From Lactobacillus johnsonii (lineage in GTDB: Bacteria; Bacillota; Bacilli; Lactobacillales; Lactobacillaceae), in contig CATLCE010000003.1 of the NCBI GenBank assembly GCA_949888035.1, positions 41,084 to 105,083 of the forward strand: a stretch of 64,000 nt of DNA. Direction: 5' to 3'. The position numbers were made by a program, and so were the translations under genes. The notes below the pieces were generated by a model, which was not told where the DNA came from, did not search any database, and saw only the letters and a program-made list of their open reading frames with translations. Below are positions 19,380 to 30,001 of this stretch, in pieces. The first letter of the stretch is position 1; each line of letters begins with the position of its first letter.

Positions 19380-19487
19380 CTTTCACGCAATTGTCATGAT
19401 ATTAATAATCAAGTACAATATTTTTAGTGTAGTAATTAGATCGATGAAAGATGTTTGAGTTGCAATTAAGCAGAACAAACCGGGGAA

Positions 19488-21665
19488 GTGAGCAACACAG
19501 TGACTGTAAATAAAGATTTGGATCAGCAGATTATCGCCGTTCAAAAAGAGATGAGTGGAGATAAAAAAATTGCCGAATCAGAAAAATACCAACAAATTAA
19601 TGGAAAGATCTCTTCAATCTTGGATAATGAAATTAAAAAGATCCAAGCTAAGAGACCTAATTTTTGGGTACCATTAATTATTTTGCTGATTATTATGGGG
19701 ATTATTTCTGCTGTTCTTCATTTTGGAAGAAGCAGATTTTGGCTGGTTTTAGTAATTAGTATTGCAATTTTAGCGGTAGAATATTTAGGCTACGATTTTT
19801 GGCGTAGAAGTCGTGTGGAAAAGAATTATAGCGAGCTTTTACAAATTCAAGGAAAAATCGAAAAGACTAAAGGAAACTTTAATCCTAAATATCTTGATTT
19901 AGAAAATAAGCGTGTCGACTTACTGGATAAAATTGATGAAATTTTTGATAAAGATGGCGACAACGATCAAGCGTATCATGTATTACGTTCAAAGTATGGT
20001 GATTTACTTGTGCGGGATATTTTTGATAAAAACGGTTTTCGCCATTATCAAATTGTCTACTCTCTTGATGGAAAAATTGAACAAGTTCGGGAGTTTTCTA
20101 TCAGTAGAGCGGGTTATTTGTTGACCATTTATGAAGATGGCAATATCAAAAAGCGCGAATTCCACGGAGAAAGTGGAACTGTCTTATCATTGAAAAAATA
20201 TGATGATTTGTACAATGTGACCGATAAAATTGGTGCAATCAAAGATCAATATGTAGGTGAGATTGCGGCTAAAGTTAAGGAAATTGATAAGATCAAGAAA
20301 AATACTCCTACTTGTACTTATAATTGGTTTGAATATAAGAAAATTTCAGACGATCAAGCAGCTGACTCTCTTAAGGAAGCGGAATACATTGGTCGGATGA
20401 AAGAAGGAAAAGAAGAAAATCCTGCTGAGCAACTTGATCATGACTTAACTGATAAGAATTTAGAAGGAATTAGCACGATAAATGAGCTCTATTCTGACTA
20501 TGACCAAGAAGTAGAGAAACTTTATTCTAAAGTAGAAGCCTTAAAACAAAATAATTATAGTGTATATAAGTCACTCACTGACCTAAGTTGGTTCTTGAGA
20601 CCGGTAGAGGTGTTTGCTGGAGAATCTAAAAAGAAAATTTGGAGTCACCTTAGTGATATTTTGGCTTTAAATGCTGCTCAAGCTGAAGTTGTAAAGCAGT
20701 TGGAAAAATCAGATGATGTTTATATCATTAATAATTTGATTTTACCGCTTGGAGAAGGAGTTACTACTAAGATTGACCATCTTGCTATCACCCCAGCGGG
20801 AATTTTTATCATTGAAACTAAGGCTCGCAATATTGAAGATGGCCGAATTTATCGAGCTAAAAACGAACTCGATAAGGCAGCCATTAGAAAGCAAATAACT
20901 CTTCATAAGGACGCTATTTATAATCAATTAAAAATTGCAAGTCGGGGATTTTTTGCTTCAAATGCAGTTGAACAAATTTTAAATAAAGATGCTATCCGCA
21001 GCTTAATCGTGATTGTAAATCGTGATAATCCACAAAAACAAGATTTCTTAATTGATAATCCGAACTTTTATCGAGAATATGATCGCAGTTTGATCATTAA
21101 TCCTAGTGAAATTGAGCATGTGATTCACCGTAATACATCTGGGATTAATTTGGATGCCGATGCTCGTAAGATGGTGGCTGCTGCGCTTGAACCAAATGCT
21201 AGATTGGTAGATAAAGAACAATTAGGATATGATTTCTTCCCATATCTTAATGATTTAACAGGGCAAGAATATAGTGGACAAATTTGGAATCAGTTGAAGG
21301 GGATTGCGGATCTTCAAAAGATTATTTCGGATTTAAGTGAATTAGTTGAAAAATTGATTGAATTTGAAAGAGAATATCAAACTTATGAATCTTTACATGC
21401 AATTTTACCTTATTTCACTGATCATATTCCTGATGAAGAAAAGCAACTCACTGGAAAAGTGAAGGATGTAGTAGATGAATTAAGCCAAGTCGTTCATCAA
21501 CAAAATAATTTGCTAGATAAGACTGAAAAAACTGTTGATCAAGCTGTGGTTGGTTATAGTGATCGCATTAAAACTTTACAGCATATTGAAGAGACAAATC
21601 TTGATGCTGTAGTTCCAATTGCAGTGGCCGTGGTGATTAGTACTTTAGTCGGCACAATGTTTTAA
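19488..21665 (+). CDS. Membrane-anchored NERD (PD-(D/E)xK) domain protein
   Basis: INNLIL..KIDHLAITPAGIFIIETK motif; two N-terminal TMs; coiled coils. Confidence 0.8.
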   Translation: MSNTVTVNKDLDQQIIAVQKEMSGDKKIAESEKYQQINGKISSILDNEIKKIQAKRPNFWVPLIILLIIMGIISAVLHFGRSRFWLVLVISIAILAVEYLGYDFWRRSRVEKNYSELLQIQGKIEKTKGNFNPKYLDLENKRVDLLDKIDEIFDKDGDNDQAYHVLRSKYGDLLVRDIFDKNGFRHYQIVYSLDGKIEQVREFSISRAGYLLTIYEDGNIKKREFHGESGTVLSLKKYDDLYNVTDKIGAIKDQYVGEIAAKVKEIDKIKKNTPTCTYNWFEYKKISDDQAADSLKEAEYIGRMKEGKEENPAEQLDHDLTDKNLEGISTINELYSDYDQEVEKLYSKVEALKQNNYSVYKSLTDLSWFLRPVEVFAGESKKKIWSHLSDILALNAAQAEVVKQLEKSDDVYIINNLILPLGEGVTTKIDHLAITPAGIFIIETKARNIEDGRIYRAKNELDKAAIRKQITLHKDAIYNQLKIASRGFFASNAVEQILNKDAIRSLIVIVNRDNPQKQDFLIDNPNFYREYDRSLIINPSEIEHVIHRNTSGINLDADARKMVAAALEPNARLVDKEQLGYDFFPYLNDLTGQEYSGQIWNQLKGIADLQKIISDLSELVEKLIEFEREYQTYESLHAILPYFTDHIPDEEKQLTGKVKDVVDELSQVVHQQNNLLDKTEKTVDQAVVGYSDRIKTLQHIEETNLDAVVPIAVAVVISTLVGTMF

Positions 21666-21761
21666 AGTTTGCAGATAATGCAAGCTTTATTTTTTTGCGT
21701 CAATTTTCCAAAGAAGTAGTAAACTAAAAAGGTAAAATCTACTATTTTGGAGGAATTATTG

Positions 21762-22088
21762 ATGAAAATGAAGAAATTCATGCAAATTTTAGCCATTGGG
21801 CTTGCAATGTTAATGGGAGTAGAAACAGCTACAGGAGTGGCTAATATCAATCCTACAACGCATACTGTTCAAGCTGCTCGCCGCCGTTATAGAAGGAGAA
21901 GAAGACGCCGAGTTTTAGATCGGACAAAGATTTATACTTCTACTAGACCAGTAATTATTGGAAATCGTCGTTCCCATATTTATCATGTTTATCGCCAACA
22001 TGCTTATCGGATGAATCGGGGAAATGCAGTTTATTTTAGAAGTGAAGCCGCAGCCCGCGCAGCTGGCTATCGTAAGTCTTATAGATAA
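21762..22088 (+). CDS. Small secreted poly-Arg protein with IIGN..IYH..F.SE domain
   Basis: Signal peptide ending near TVQAA; RRRYRRRRRRR; GGAGG RBS. Confidence 0.8.
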   Translation: MKMKKFMQILAIGLAMLMGVETATGVANINPTTHTVQAARRRYRRRRRRRVLDRTKIYTSTRPVIIGNRRSHIYHVYRQHAYRMNRGNAVYFRSEAAARAAGYRKSYR

Positions 22089-22100
22089 ATAGAATAGGAT

Positions 22101-22799
22101 TTGATTGTGAACTGGAAAAAAGTGGGCCAAGTTATTTTATGGATCCTATTTTGGTATTATTTATTGCCACATTATCTACTGAAAAGGTACGTTTTTAAAG
22201 GTAAAAATGGTGGTGTCTGGTCAAGTATCTTAAGTGTGGTCATTGCCTTTTTCTTTTTGGTTTTTGCGATTGGAAGTCAAGCTAGTGATGAGGATGAGGC
22301 TGATAGTCATGCCTCACCTAAAGTTCACTATGTAGTGAAAAAGGTTGGAACTACTCGCTTGGCTGAAGCTAAAGCTAAAGAAAAGATTTTAAATAAAGAA
22401 AAATCCACTAAAGAAGCTGAATACGAAAAATTAGAAAAAGAACTAAGTCGTGCTCAAGCAGCCAAAGAAAAACAGGAAGCTGAACAAAAGGCGCAACAAA
22501 AAGCCGCTGCTGCTAAGGAAAAGAAAGCACAAGCCGAAGCTAGAAGAGCTGCAAAAGAAGCACAAAAGCAAGCAGAAGAAGATTCTTCAACTTCTGATTC
22601 TCACTCGGAAACTCATCACAGTAATTCTCATGAAGGAGATTTATATACGGGTGAATCAGGAAAGATCATTGGTAATAGTCGCTCTCACATATATCATGTT
22701 CCAGGGCAAGCAGGTTACCATATGAATTCCGCAAATGCCGTTTACTTTGATTCTGAGCAAGATGCAATTAATCAGGGATATCGAAAGGCAAAAAGATAA
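22101..22799 (+). CDS. Membrane protein with coiled coil and IIGNSRSHIYHVPGQAGY domain
   Basis: Two TMs, Ala/Lys/Glu coil, C-terminal shared domain; stop overlaps the nuclease start. Confidence 0.8.
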   Translation: MIVNWKKVGQVILWILFWYYLLPHYLLKRYVFKGKNGGVWSSILSVVIAFFFLVFAIGSQASDEDEADSHASPKVHYVVKKVGTTRLAEAKAKEKILNKEKSTKEAEYEKLEKELSRAQAAKEKQEAEQKAQQKAAAAKEKKAQAEARRAAKEAQKQAEEDSSTSDSHSETHHSNSHEGDLYTGESGKIIGNSRSHIYHVPGQAGYHMNSANAVYFDSEQDAINQGYRKAKR

Positions 22800-23641
22800 T
22801 GAAAAAGAAAATTATTGGTCTAATTTCTGGTGTGCTGGTTGCAGTTTCTTTGGTTGGAGTTCAAAATTCCCAATTTGTTGCTTTTGCTAAGGATAAAATT
22901 GTCACCAAGTATCGTTATGATCGCAGTGATCAAAATAAAGCCGAAAAAATTGAAAAGAAAAATAGAGCGACTGAAAAGCAAATTGCTGCTTTAGATAAAA
23001 AGATTGCTAAATTACAAAAGCAATTAAAGAAATATAGTGGCGCTCATACAGTTGAATCAGTTAGTGCAGCTAAATTGGCTAGCTTGAACTATTCTGGTAA
23101 AGACGTCATTACTGTTAACAATAATGAACCGAGCTTTAGTAAATCAGATTTAAGTACAAACCAAGGAGCATGGCAGCGTTACGGCGAATTGGATAATGAA
23201 AGTCGTGTTACTGCAGCAAATGCTCTTCTTAATCAGAAGTTGATGCCTAAAGCTCAGCGAGAACCGCTGCACGTTAATCCAACTGGTTGGCATAATAAAC
23301 GCATAGCTGGAGGCTGGCTTTATAATCGTTGCCATTTGATCGGATATCAATTAACTGGTCAAAATAATAACTTGAAGAATTTGATGACGGGAACGCGTCA
23401 ACTTAATGATCCTGATATGTTGCGTTATGAAGATCAAGTTGCAAATTATTTGAAAGAAAGTCAGCATAATTATGTGCGCTACCGTGTAACTCCAATTTTT
23501 AGAGGCCAAGAACTTTTGGCCCGCGGAGTAGAGATGGAAGGGCAATCTACTAATTCAAATAGCGTTCATTTCAATGTTTATATCTTTAATGTGGCTGATG
23601 GTGTAAAACTAAATTACGCTGATGGCACTAGTCAAAGATAG
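22799..23641 (+). CDS. Secreted DNA/RNA non-specific endonuclease (His-Me finger)
   Basis: PTGWHN, YNRCHLIG, NLMTGTRQLN and YRVTPIF motifs; signal peptide. Confidence 0.9.
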   Translation: MKKKIIGLISGVLVAVSLVGVQNSQFVAFAKDKIVTKYRYDRSDQNKAEKIEKKNRATEKQIAALDKKIAKLQKQLKKYSGAHTVESVSAAKLASLNYSGKDVITVNNNEPSFSKSDLSTNQGAWQRYGELDNESRVTAANALLNQKLMPKAQREPLHVNPTGWHNKRIAGGWLYNRCHLIGYQLTGQNNNLKNLMTGTRQLNDPDMLRYEDQVANYLKESQHNYVRYRVTPIFRGQELLARGVEMEGQSTNSNSVHFNVYIFNVADGVKLNYADGTSQR

Positions 23642-23744
23642 CAAAGAGCTTGCAGGGATGCAGGCTTTTTTGCTTATAAGTTGAAATTTTTGGAATAATT
23701 GTTAGGCTAAAGAAAAAGACAGACTTAGAGAAAAGGTAAATTGT

Positions 23745-25037
23745 ATGAGTAACAAAAAAATTCTAAAAAACAAAAAGACCTCTTGGTCTAAAAAACATAA
23801 GATTTTGATTATTACTACACTCTCTATCATTATTCTTCTTGGTATCTTTTATGCCTGGGGAAGTTATTATTATGCTCGCAATCGCCAAATAGATAGGATC
23901 ATTGACGAGATTTCTAATCCAAAAAAGGATTTATCAAGCTATGTCATGCCTACTAGTCCTGATATTGATGTAAATGAGAGTAAATTAAAGCCGCTCCAAA
24001 ATTATTTTGCCGAAAATAAGAATGCCCTCAATAAATTAACCAGTAATTTACGGGAAGGAAAAGGTAGTAATGAAATTAGTTTAGTTGAATCAGGTACTCA
24101 TTTTTTATTCTTCCCCAAGTACCAACTTCGGGTTCAAGTTTATCGTCCGCAAGTTGAAACCAATCATCCCAATTCTTATTTAGTAGTAAATGGGAATAAT
24201 ATGGGTACTCTGGAAGGCGGAGGTCAAAATTATTACCAAGATTTGGGCTTAGTATTTCCCGGGCGATACCATATTATTGTAAATACAAAAGTTGCTGGGC
24301 GTAAGTTACGCGCAAACTCCGTGGTTAATATTTGGTCTAGTAAAAATATTAACATGAATATTCGAACGGCAACTTTTCAGGTAAGAAGTGTTCCCAATGG
24401 AGAAATTTATATTAATGATCATAAAGTTGCAAAGTTGAGTAAGACAGGACAATATATGTTTAAAAATTATCCAATTGCGAAAAGTATGGAGCTTTATGTT
24501 AAAACTGAATACAAGGGCAAAACTATAAAATCTGAAAAAGTAACCGATTTTCCTCAAACAATTAGTCAAAAATTCGCTAGTAGTGAAGATGGAATTAGTG
24601 ATTATGACAATGTTTCTCAATATGTTGGTAATCAAAATAAGGATGTTTATCAAGATGCCGAAGGAGACTATATTGTTAACCCGATTTGGCCAGGATTAAT
24701 TGCTGATAAAACAGCTGCTCAAATTTTAGCTAATAATTTTTTGAAGGCTAATCCTAAACAATTTACTAAGGGAAAAGAAAATAAATCTTATAAAGAGCTT
24801 CATAAAGAAATAAAAAAGACTGTTAAAAAAGTTGATGCTAAAAAAATGGTAGATAAAGTTAAGATTAAGTCAATTTTGCCGATGGGCAAGAATTGCAGTT
24901 TAGTTAAGTTTGAAGCTTATTATAGCTTTAAGAAAGATAAGAAAAAGCATCGAATAAAATCTGAATTTACGACAGCTATTTTTAAGAATATCAACAATCA
25001 GCAAATAATTGAAAAGTTAGAAAAAAGACCTGAATAG
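23745..25037 (+). CDS. TcaA-like membrane-anchored protein
   Basis: N-terminal TM and FLFFPKYQL motif; large extracellular region. Confidence 0.6.
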   Translation: MSNKKILKNKKTSWSKKHKILIITTLSIIILLGIFYAWGSYYYARNRQIDRIIDEISNPKKDLSSYVMPTSPDIDVNESKLKPLQNYFAENKNALNKLTSNLREGKGSNEISLVESGTHFLFFPKYQLRVQVYRPQVETNHPNSYLVVNGNNMGTLEGGGQNYYQDLGLVFPGRYHIIVNTKVAGRKLRANSVVNIWSSKNINMNIRTATFQVRSVPNGEIYINDHKVAKLSKTGQYMFKNYPIAKSMELYVKTEYKGKTIKSEKVTDFPQTISQKFASSEDGISDYDNVSQYVGNQNKDVYQDAEGDYIVNPIWPGLIADKTAAQILANNFLKANPKQFTKGKENKSYKELHKEIKKTVKKVDAKKMVDKVKIKSILPMGKNCSLVKFEAYYSFKKDKKKHRIKSEFTTAIFKNINNQQIIEKLEKRPE

Positions 25038-25043
25038 GTCTTT

Positions 25044-25661
25044 TTATTTTTTGAGAAATTTTCGTAAGCGAGTTGAAAATTTACTCTTTTTCTTTTGTTT
25101 TAAGTATTGCTTTGCAAGCTGAACTTCGGGATTTTTGGATTTACTAGTAATAGTCTTTTTTATGGGATGTTTGATAGTTCGTTTCTTGAAAGAATCACGG
25201 GCGTGAGTGGCCGCATCCATAGCAATGTCAGGTCGCATGTAGTACAATTTTTGCTCTTTATAGGTATTTAATAAAAAGACAAAAATATCATTGATATCGC
25301 AAATACAGCGCCAAGCTTGGCCTTTTGAAATGGAATAATCTTCATCGTGAACCGCATCATTACCAAACTTGCGCACTTCATTAAACAAATTAATGATGCT
25401 AGTTGGATAATGAAGTTCTGATTGTAAATAAAAAGTGTCGCTTCTCAAAGTTCGACGATTACCGGTATGGACCGGGTAATAACGATCTAAATTTTCAATA
25501 GTAAAAATTTTTTTGACGATGGCTTCCAGTAGAAGACGACTGTTAACCATTACATCTCGATAATCTTCAATCTCATACAGTTTCAAAATTTTATTTGCAG
25601 TTTTGTACTGATTGCTAAAGAGTGAACTACTTTTTAAAAAAGCAAAATTTAGTTGTGCCAT
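25044..25661 (-). CDS. DUF4145 (HEPN-like) protein
   Basis: SRLLLEAIVK and RKFGNDAVH motifs. Confidence 0.75.
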   Translation of the reverse strand: MAQLNFAFLKSSSLFSNQYKTANKILKLYEIEDYRDVMVNSRLLLEAIVKKIFTIENLDRYYPVHTGNRRTLRSDTFYLQSELHYPTSIINLFNEVRKFGNDAVHDEDYSISKGQAWRCICDINDIFVFLLNTYKEQKLYYMRPDIAMDAATHARDSFKKRTIKHPIKKTITSKSKNPEVQLAKQYLKQKKKSKFSTRLRKFLKK

Positions 25662-25802
25662 GGCTTATTTCCTCATTTCTGTTTCTTATCCTAGCGAAAT
25701 TTTGCTGTTTATGCAAAAAAAGTAATTGACATCTCTCTAAAATCATATTAGTGTATTATATAAATAATACAGCGAAACAAAAGAATGAAAAAGGTGACTA
25801 TC

Positions 25803-26549
25803 ATGAACGCAATACTTAAAGTAAATCAACTTACTAAGACTTATGGTAAAAAAGGTGAAAAGCAATACCAAGCTTTGAAAGGTATCAACTTCGAATTGAA
25901 TCGTGGTGAGTTTGTGGGAATCATGGGAGCTTCTGGTTCTGGTAAAACTACTTTACTAAATATTTTATCCACTCTTGATAAGCCAACTTCAGGTAACGTT
26001 GTAATTAATGGAAAGGACATTACCACGCTAAAGAAGAATCAAATGGCTGATTTTCGTGGTAAAGAAATTGGATTTATCTTCCAAGATTTCAATTTGCTTG
26101 ATAATTTAACTAATCGTGAAAATATCGCACTGCCACTATCTCTTCAAAATGTTAAAGCACGGGAGATTAACAACCAAGTTGAAGCAATTGCCTCAAGACT
26201 TAACATCACTCAAATCTTAGATAAATATCCTGCTGAAGTTTCCGGTGGACAAAAGCAACGTGTTGCTTCAGCCAGAGCTTTAGTGCATAATCCATCTATT
26301 TTATTTGGGGATGAGCCAACTGGAGCACTTGATTCCAAGTCGGCTACTGAACTCTTAAATACCATGGATGATTTGAACAAAAATGATCAAGTTTCAATTT
26401 TGATGGTAACTCACGATCCTTATTCTGCTTCATACGCTCAAAGAATTTTATTCATTAAAGACGGAAAAATCGGTAAAGAACTAAAGAAGGACGACAAGAG
26501 TCGAGAAGAATTTTATCAAGAAATTATTGCTGAACTAGGTAGACGTTAA
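25803..26549 (+). CDS. ABC transporter ATP-binding protein (BceA-like)
   Basis: GASGSGKT, VSGGQKQR and DEPTGALD motifs. Confidence 0.93.
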   Translation: MNAILKVNQLTKTYGKKGEKQYQALKGINFELNRGEFVGIMGASGSGKTTLLNILSTLDKPTSGNVVINGKDITTLKKNQMADFRGKEIGFIFQDFNLLDNLTNRENIALPLSLQNVKAREINNQVEAIASRLNITQILDKYPAEVSGGQKQRVASARALVHNPSILFGDEPTGALDSKSATELLNTMDDLNKNDQVSILMVTHDPYSASYAQRILFIKDGKIGKELKKDDKSREEFYQEIIAELGRR

Positions 26550-26566
26550 TAGAAAGGAAATCGACC

Positions 26567-28411
26567 ATGCTTTGGAAATTATCATTAACTGGAATTAAGA
26601 GTCGCTTCAAAGACTACTTGATTCTGTTTTCAGGATTGACCTTTGCAAGTGCAATCTTTTACATGTTTATGTCGATTGCCACCAATTCAACTTTTTTGAA
26701 AGGTGCTTTAGTAATTGCTTTTAAAACTACTCAATTTGTCTTTGGTTTTGGGATTGCCCTTTTAGCGATTATTACTTTTGTCTACATTGTATATGCCAAT
26801 AGTTTTTTACTCAGTATGAGGCAAAAAGATTATGGAATGTACATGATGCTTGGAGCACGAACTGGTAAAATAGGAACTTTGATCTTTTTAGAAACCTTGA
26901 TTGTTGGATTTTTAGCTACTATTTTAGGTGTTCTAATTGGAGTAGGTTTAACTCAAGTAGTTTCACAACTATTGATTAATCAATTGGGTTTACAAATCCA
27001 TAAATTCGTTGGTTTTTACTTGCCGGCTTTTATTTGGACGATTATTTTCTTTGCTGCATTATTCCTGTTAGCGGCTCTTTGGAATCGTCACAAATTAGTT
27101 AAATCAAATGTAATTAACTTACTTCATGAAGATCAAAAGCCAGTGAAGCTTCGCTATAATAAAGTTTGGAAATTTATTGAAGCTATTTTAGGTATTGGAT
27201 TCTTAGGAATTGGTTATTGGGCGATGGCTAAGTATCAAGTGCTATTGACTAATTCAATTACCATTGGCTTCTTTACAATTACGATTGGTTCATACTTTGT
27301 TTTTGATTCTTTATTTACAACAATTATTAACATTCTTAGAAATAATACAAAATTTGAATACAAGAAGCTTCATTCATTTACTTTAGGCCAACTTAAATTT
27401 AGATTAACTGACTATACTCGAATTTTATCAGTTGTTTCTCTTCTTTTCGCTTTAGCACTGGGTGCTATTACTGTAGGGCTAAACTTCAATAATATGGTTG
27501 ATCAAGCTTTAGAATCTTCATATTATGACGTAGTTTTATATAAAAAGACCCCGCAAGTGGAACAAGATTTGAAAAAGGTTTCAGTAAAATCAACCAAAAC
27601 CTTTAATTATAAACTTGTAGAAAATAACAAAGCTAAGAATCCGCAAACTATTTATATTTCAAAAGATGAAATTGCAAAGAAGAGCTTAAAATATCAGAAC
27701 TTTTATGTAAATAAAAAAGGTCAACAATCTTATTCAACAAAGACTATTAATGTTAAAGAGTTACAAAAAGGATCTTCAGCCCAGACTGAAATGATGAAAT
27801 ACCAATTAACTCAATTGACACCTTATCCAGGTGCTGGAGTTAAAATTGTTTCTCAAAAACAATATGATCAGTTGAGAAGCGAAAATAAAAGTGTTGAACT
27901 ATTAATGGTGAACAACTTTAGACAGAACTTTGCTAATATTGAAAAATTGCAAAAGGCAGCTGTTACTGGTTCACTTAATGATGATAATCCAGTATTAAAT
28001 TCAACTAAGGCAATGAATTACCGCTTTGTATCTAGCATGGCCTCTGGCTTTGAATTTATGGGCTTTTTCTTAGGACTTGCATTCTTGGCAATGCTGGCTT
28101 CAACTTTAATGTTTAAAGTTTTGTCTGGAGCAAACAGCGACAAGCCAAGATACAAGATGCTTTGGAAGATTGGAACTCGTCAATCACTTTTGAAGGCTTC
28201 AATCGCAAAAGAAATCGGTGTATTATTTGCTTTACCAGCAGTACTTGGAATTATCGATGTCTTGTTTGGACTTCAGTTCTTTAAATCACTACTTAAAAAT
28301 CCGTATGATAAGATTTGGATTCTATTTACTATTTTCTTAGTTCTTTACTTAATTTACTATTTGATCACAGTAAAACTGTATGAAGGAATCGTTCTAAAAG
28401 ATAATAAGTAA
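26567..28411 (+). CDS. FtsX-like ABC permease (BceB-like)
   Basis: About 10 TMs with one large extracellular loop; RQKDYGMYMMLG motif. Confidence 0.88.
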   Translation: MLWKLSLTGIKSRFKDYLILFSGLTFASAIFYMFMSIATNSTFLKGALVIAFKTTQFVFGFGIALLAIITFVYIVYANSFLLSMRQKDYGMYMMLGARTGKIGTLIFLETLIVGFLATILGVLIGVGLTQVVSQLLINQLGLQIHKFVGFYLPAFIWTIIFFAALFLLAALWNRHKLVKSNVINLLHEDQKPVKLRYNKVWKFIEAILGIGFLGIGYWAMAKYQVLLTNSITIGFFTITIGSYFVFDSLFTTIINILRNNTKFEYKKLHSFTLGQLKFRLTDYTRILSVVSLLFALALGAITVGLNFNNMVDQALESSYYDVVLYKKTPQVEQDLKKVSVKSTKTFNYKLVENNKAKNPQTIYISKDEIAKKSLKYQNFYVNKKGQQSYSTKTINVKELQKGSSAQTEMMKYQLTQLTPYPGAGVKIVSQKQYDQLRSENKSVELLMVNNFRQNFANIEKLQKAAVTGSLNDDNPVLNSTKAMNYRFVSSMASGFEFMGFFLGLAFLAMLASTLMFKVLSGANSDKPRYKMLWKIGTRQSLLKASIAKEIGVLFALPAVLGIIDVLFGLQFFKSLLKNPYDKIWILFTIFLVLYLIYYLITVKLYEGIVLKDNK

Positions 28412-28438
28412 AAAAGTGCCTCTTAATGGGGCACTTTT

Positions 28439-29089
28439 TTATAGGGTCATTTTATTATAAGCGGTGATTTTCATTTCACCCTTGTCGTTCATATCCATGA
28501 GAGTGATTGAGGCATTTTGTGGGCCATTGCTAATATCGATGCCGTTGCCATAATGATCGACAATACTGCGAATGGTGAAGCCGTGAGTAACGAGCAAAAT
28601 GTTCTCAGCACCATCAAGTTCACTAATCATCTTAAAGCCTTGATTTACACGTTCCCAATATTCTTTAGCATTTTCAGCTTCATGATATGGGTCGGCTTCT
28701 TTGATCCAATCTTTAATAGTGTCAATTCGCTCCTTACGCAATAATTCATGACGATCGTCGTATCCATGAGGACCTCCGATCATTCTCCAGGCCATTTCAG
28801 AATCCATCCCTTCGAAATAACCATAAAATTGTTCACGGAAGAATGGACTAGCGATGTGTTGGAGCTCATCTTTATTTACATTATGCTTCATGATGATTTC
28901 GCAGGTATCACTAGCTCGCTTTAAATCGCTTGATAAAGCAATGTCAAAGGGGATGTCTTTTAAATGTTCACCTGCTTCATCAGCTCCTTGAACTCCTAAA
29001 GTGGTGAGAGGCGTATCACACCAACCTTGCATTTTATTGTAACGGTTGATAAATGTTTGACCGTGACGAACGATGTAAATTCTCTTCAT
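28439..29089 (-). CDS. Histidine phosphatase family protein
   Basis: RHGQT, SSDLKRA and VTHG motifs. Confidence 0.92.
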   Translation of the reverse strand: MKRIYIVRHGQTFINRYNKMQGWCDTPLTTLGVQGADEAGEHLKDIPFDIALSSDLKRASDTCEIIMKHNVNKDELQHIASPFFREQFYGYFEGMDSEMAWRMIGGPHGYDDRHELLRKERIDTIKDWIKEADPYHEAENAKEYWERVNQGFKMISELDGAENILLVTHGFTIRSIVDHYGNGIDISNGPQNASITLMDMNDKGEMKITAYNKMTL

Positions 29090-29150
29090 AATTTTTCTCC
29101 TAATAAAAATAGCTACTTACATTGTAGTGAAAGTAGCTAAAGAAGGGAAA

Positions 29151-29846
29151 TTATTTTTCTTTATATAATTTTTGTACTGCCTTAATATCACCTGGTTGAA
29201 TAGTGTAAACAGAGCCTTTCGGATACATGACTGACACACCGTTGTTATGGTCAAGACCGATAGCATGTCCTAATTCATGTTCGGCGGTATTGATAATTCG
29301 ATTTTGGCTGTAACCATACCATCTATTTTGTAAATAGTAACGGTTAAGGTTAACTTTTGCTCTTAATAAGTGGCCAGTTACAGGATTATAAGTTGTGGAA
29401 GTTTCACCAGCAGCACTGGTGTCGCTGTCATCAACTACGCCAATAATAATTTGAGCGGCGCTTTTATTATCAGTTTGCACAAAATTAAAGGCCCCCGTTC
29501 TATTCCAAGCATTCATGGCGTCGATGGATGCCGACCGCAAAACTGGATTATTTTGAATATTTAAATAAACTTTCGCAGTTGCGTTAGGCCAGCGCCGGTT
29601 AGATGTTTTAGTAACTGTTTCACTGCTACTGGATTGAGTTTTATTTGGATTTTGTGTGTGAGTGTCGCCAGCTTGCGGAAGCTGAAGATTTCCAGTCGTA
29701 ATAAATTGACCAATTTTTTGTTTTAAAACAGCGACTGAGTCATTAGTTGCTGTGTGTATATCAGGATTATTTTGATAACTCCAAACCCCAAAGGCAAGGA
29801 GTGATAGAAGCAGTAAATTTTTTATAAAACGAAAAAAGCTTCTCAT
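29151..29846 (-). CDS. Matrixin-family zinc metalloprotease
   Basis: HELGHAIGLDH and SVMYP motifs. Confidence 0.9.
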   Translation of the reverse strand: MRSFFRFIKNLLLLSLLAFGVWSYQNNPDIHTATNDSVAVLKQKIGQFITTGNLQLPQAGDTHTQNPNKTQSSSSETVTKTSNRRWPNATAKVYLNIQNNPVLRSASIDAMNAWNRTGAFNFVQTDNKSAAQIIIGVVDDSDTSAAGETSTTYNPVTGHLLRAKVNLNRYYLQNRWYGYSQNRIINTAEHELGHAIGLDHNNGVSVMYPKGSVYTIQPGDIKAVQKLYKEK

Positions 29847-30001
29847 ATAGCATCAACTCCAATGTTACAGATTATAAGTAAAAAAGGTAAATTTTTCATG
29901 AACTTTTACTTACATTTATTTAGCGAAAGCATCAAATTCTCAAAACAAGTTTACTTCGTGATAAAATAGAATATAAGTTTTCTATAGAAATAGGTGACTA
30001 A

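Noticed and set aside
15883-25037. Intact integrative conjugative element
   Set aside because: No relaxase, VirB4, integrase or att repeats visible around the virD4-like gene
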